A stretch of DNA of 63,695 nt, filler included, from Dugesia japonica (taxonomy: Eukaryota): the NCBI GenBank assembly GCA_001938525.1. It is 6 parts of 6 records of this genome, joined end to end, with 100 filler letters (N's around TTAATTAATTAA, not from the genome) between each part and the next. Parts side by side here need not be neighbours in the genome. Positions count along the whole stretch, not along the records: positions 55,443 to 63,695 come from MQRL01614300.1; 5 more parts are not named here. One strand, written 5' to 3'. Each line of letters starts with the position of its first letter. The stretch's first letter is position 1. Shown in pieces: positions 63,398-63,695 of the stretch. A model generated the notes under the pieces. The model ran no database searches. It worked only from the letters and a program-made list of their open reading frames with translations, and was not told the DNA's origin. Position numbers and translations under genes: made by a program.

Positions 63398-63695
63398 TCA
63401 TAAACTTTATAATCGGCATCTTTTGTACAGTATAGATTAGTTTTGTAATAGATATTGCAATTTTGTTATTGTTTTTCTGTGCTCACATTTTTGCCCGGTA
63501 TTCGCTTTTTAAATTTGTAAATATGTTTTTAAAATTCATTTCGATTCTCATAATAAATTTCGAATTTCAATCGGATTCAAGAAATGATATGATTGGCTAT
63601 TTGTTTAATATGTTAATTGACATACACTCTTCTTTTTTACATTTTGGATATTGATTCATTTTCTGTTGATTTAAATAATTAATTTAATACAAAAA

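Overview
This is AT-rich eukaryotic (invertebrate-like) draft genome sequence, not prokaryotic. Short ~46-74 nt GT-AG introns, abundant mariners and (AAT)n repeats fit a flatworm or planarian, but the taxon is an inference. Five artificial 100-nt spacers (N44-TTAATTAATTAA-N44) join six unrelated scaffolds. Host genes are few: the 3' exons of mitochondrial IleRS, the last exon of pyruvate dehydrogenase kinase, a 79-aa signal-peptide/TM protein, and a ~642-aa protein with an ADD/PHD-like finger plus AT-hooks. The rest is mostly decayed mobile DNA: four mariners, hAT MITEs, a MULE remnant, a Polinton/Maverick, an R2/NeSL-type RT and hammerhead-ribozyme repeats. Two systems stand out. (1) A 5'-truncated RTE-type LINE with three C-terminal zinc fingers is inserted in 28S rRNA sequence right beside the peptidyl-transferase GGGAUAAC motif. 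It has an 8-nt target deletion and no poly(A), and the whole 28S+LINE piece is framed by a 15-bp direct repeat. (2) A family of large (0.9-7.8 kb), nested, solo-LTR-like elements has TGTTGGG...CCCAACA ends and 4-bp TSDs. They carry their own spliced coiled-coil genes with LC8-type TQT motifs and a fixed-spacing palindromic cassette. Homology links one of them to an element with multi-zinc-knuckle gag and a chuvirus-like glycoprotein but no visible pol.
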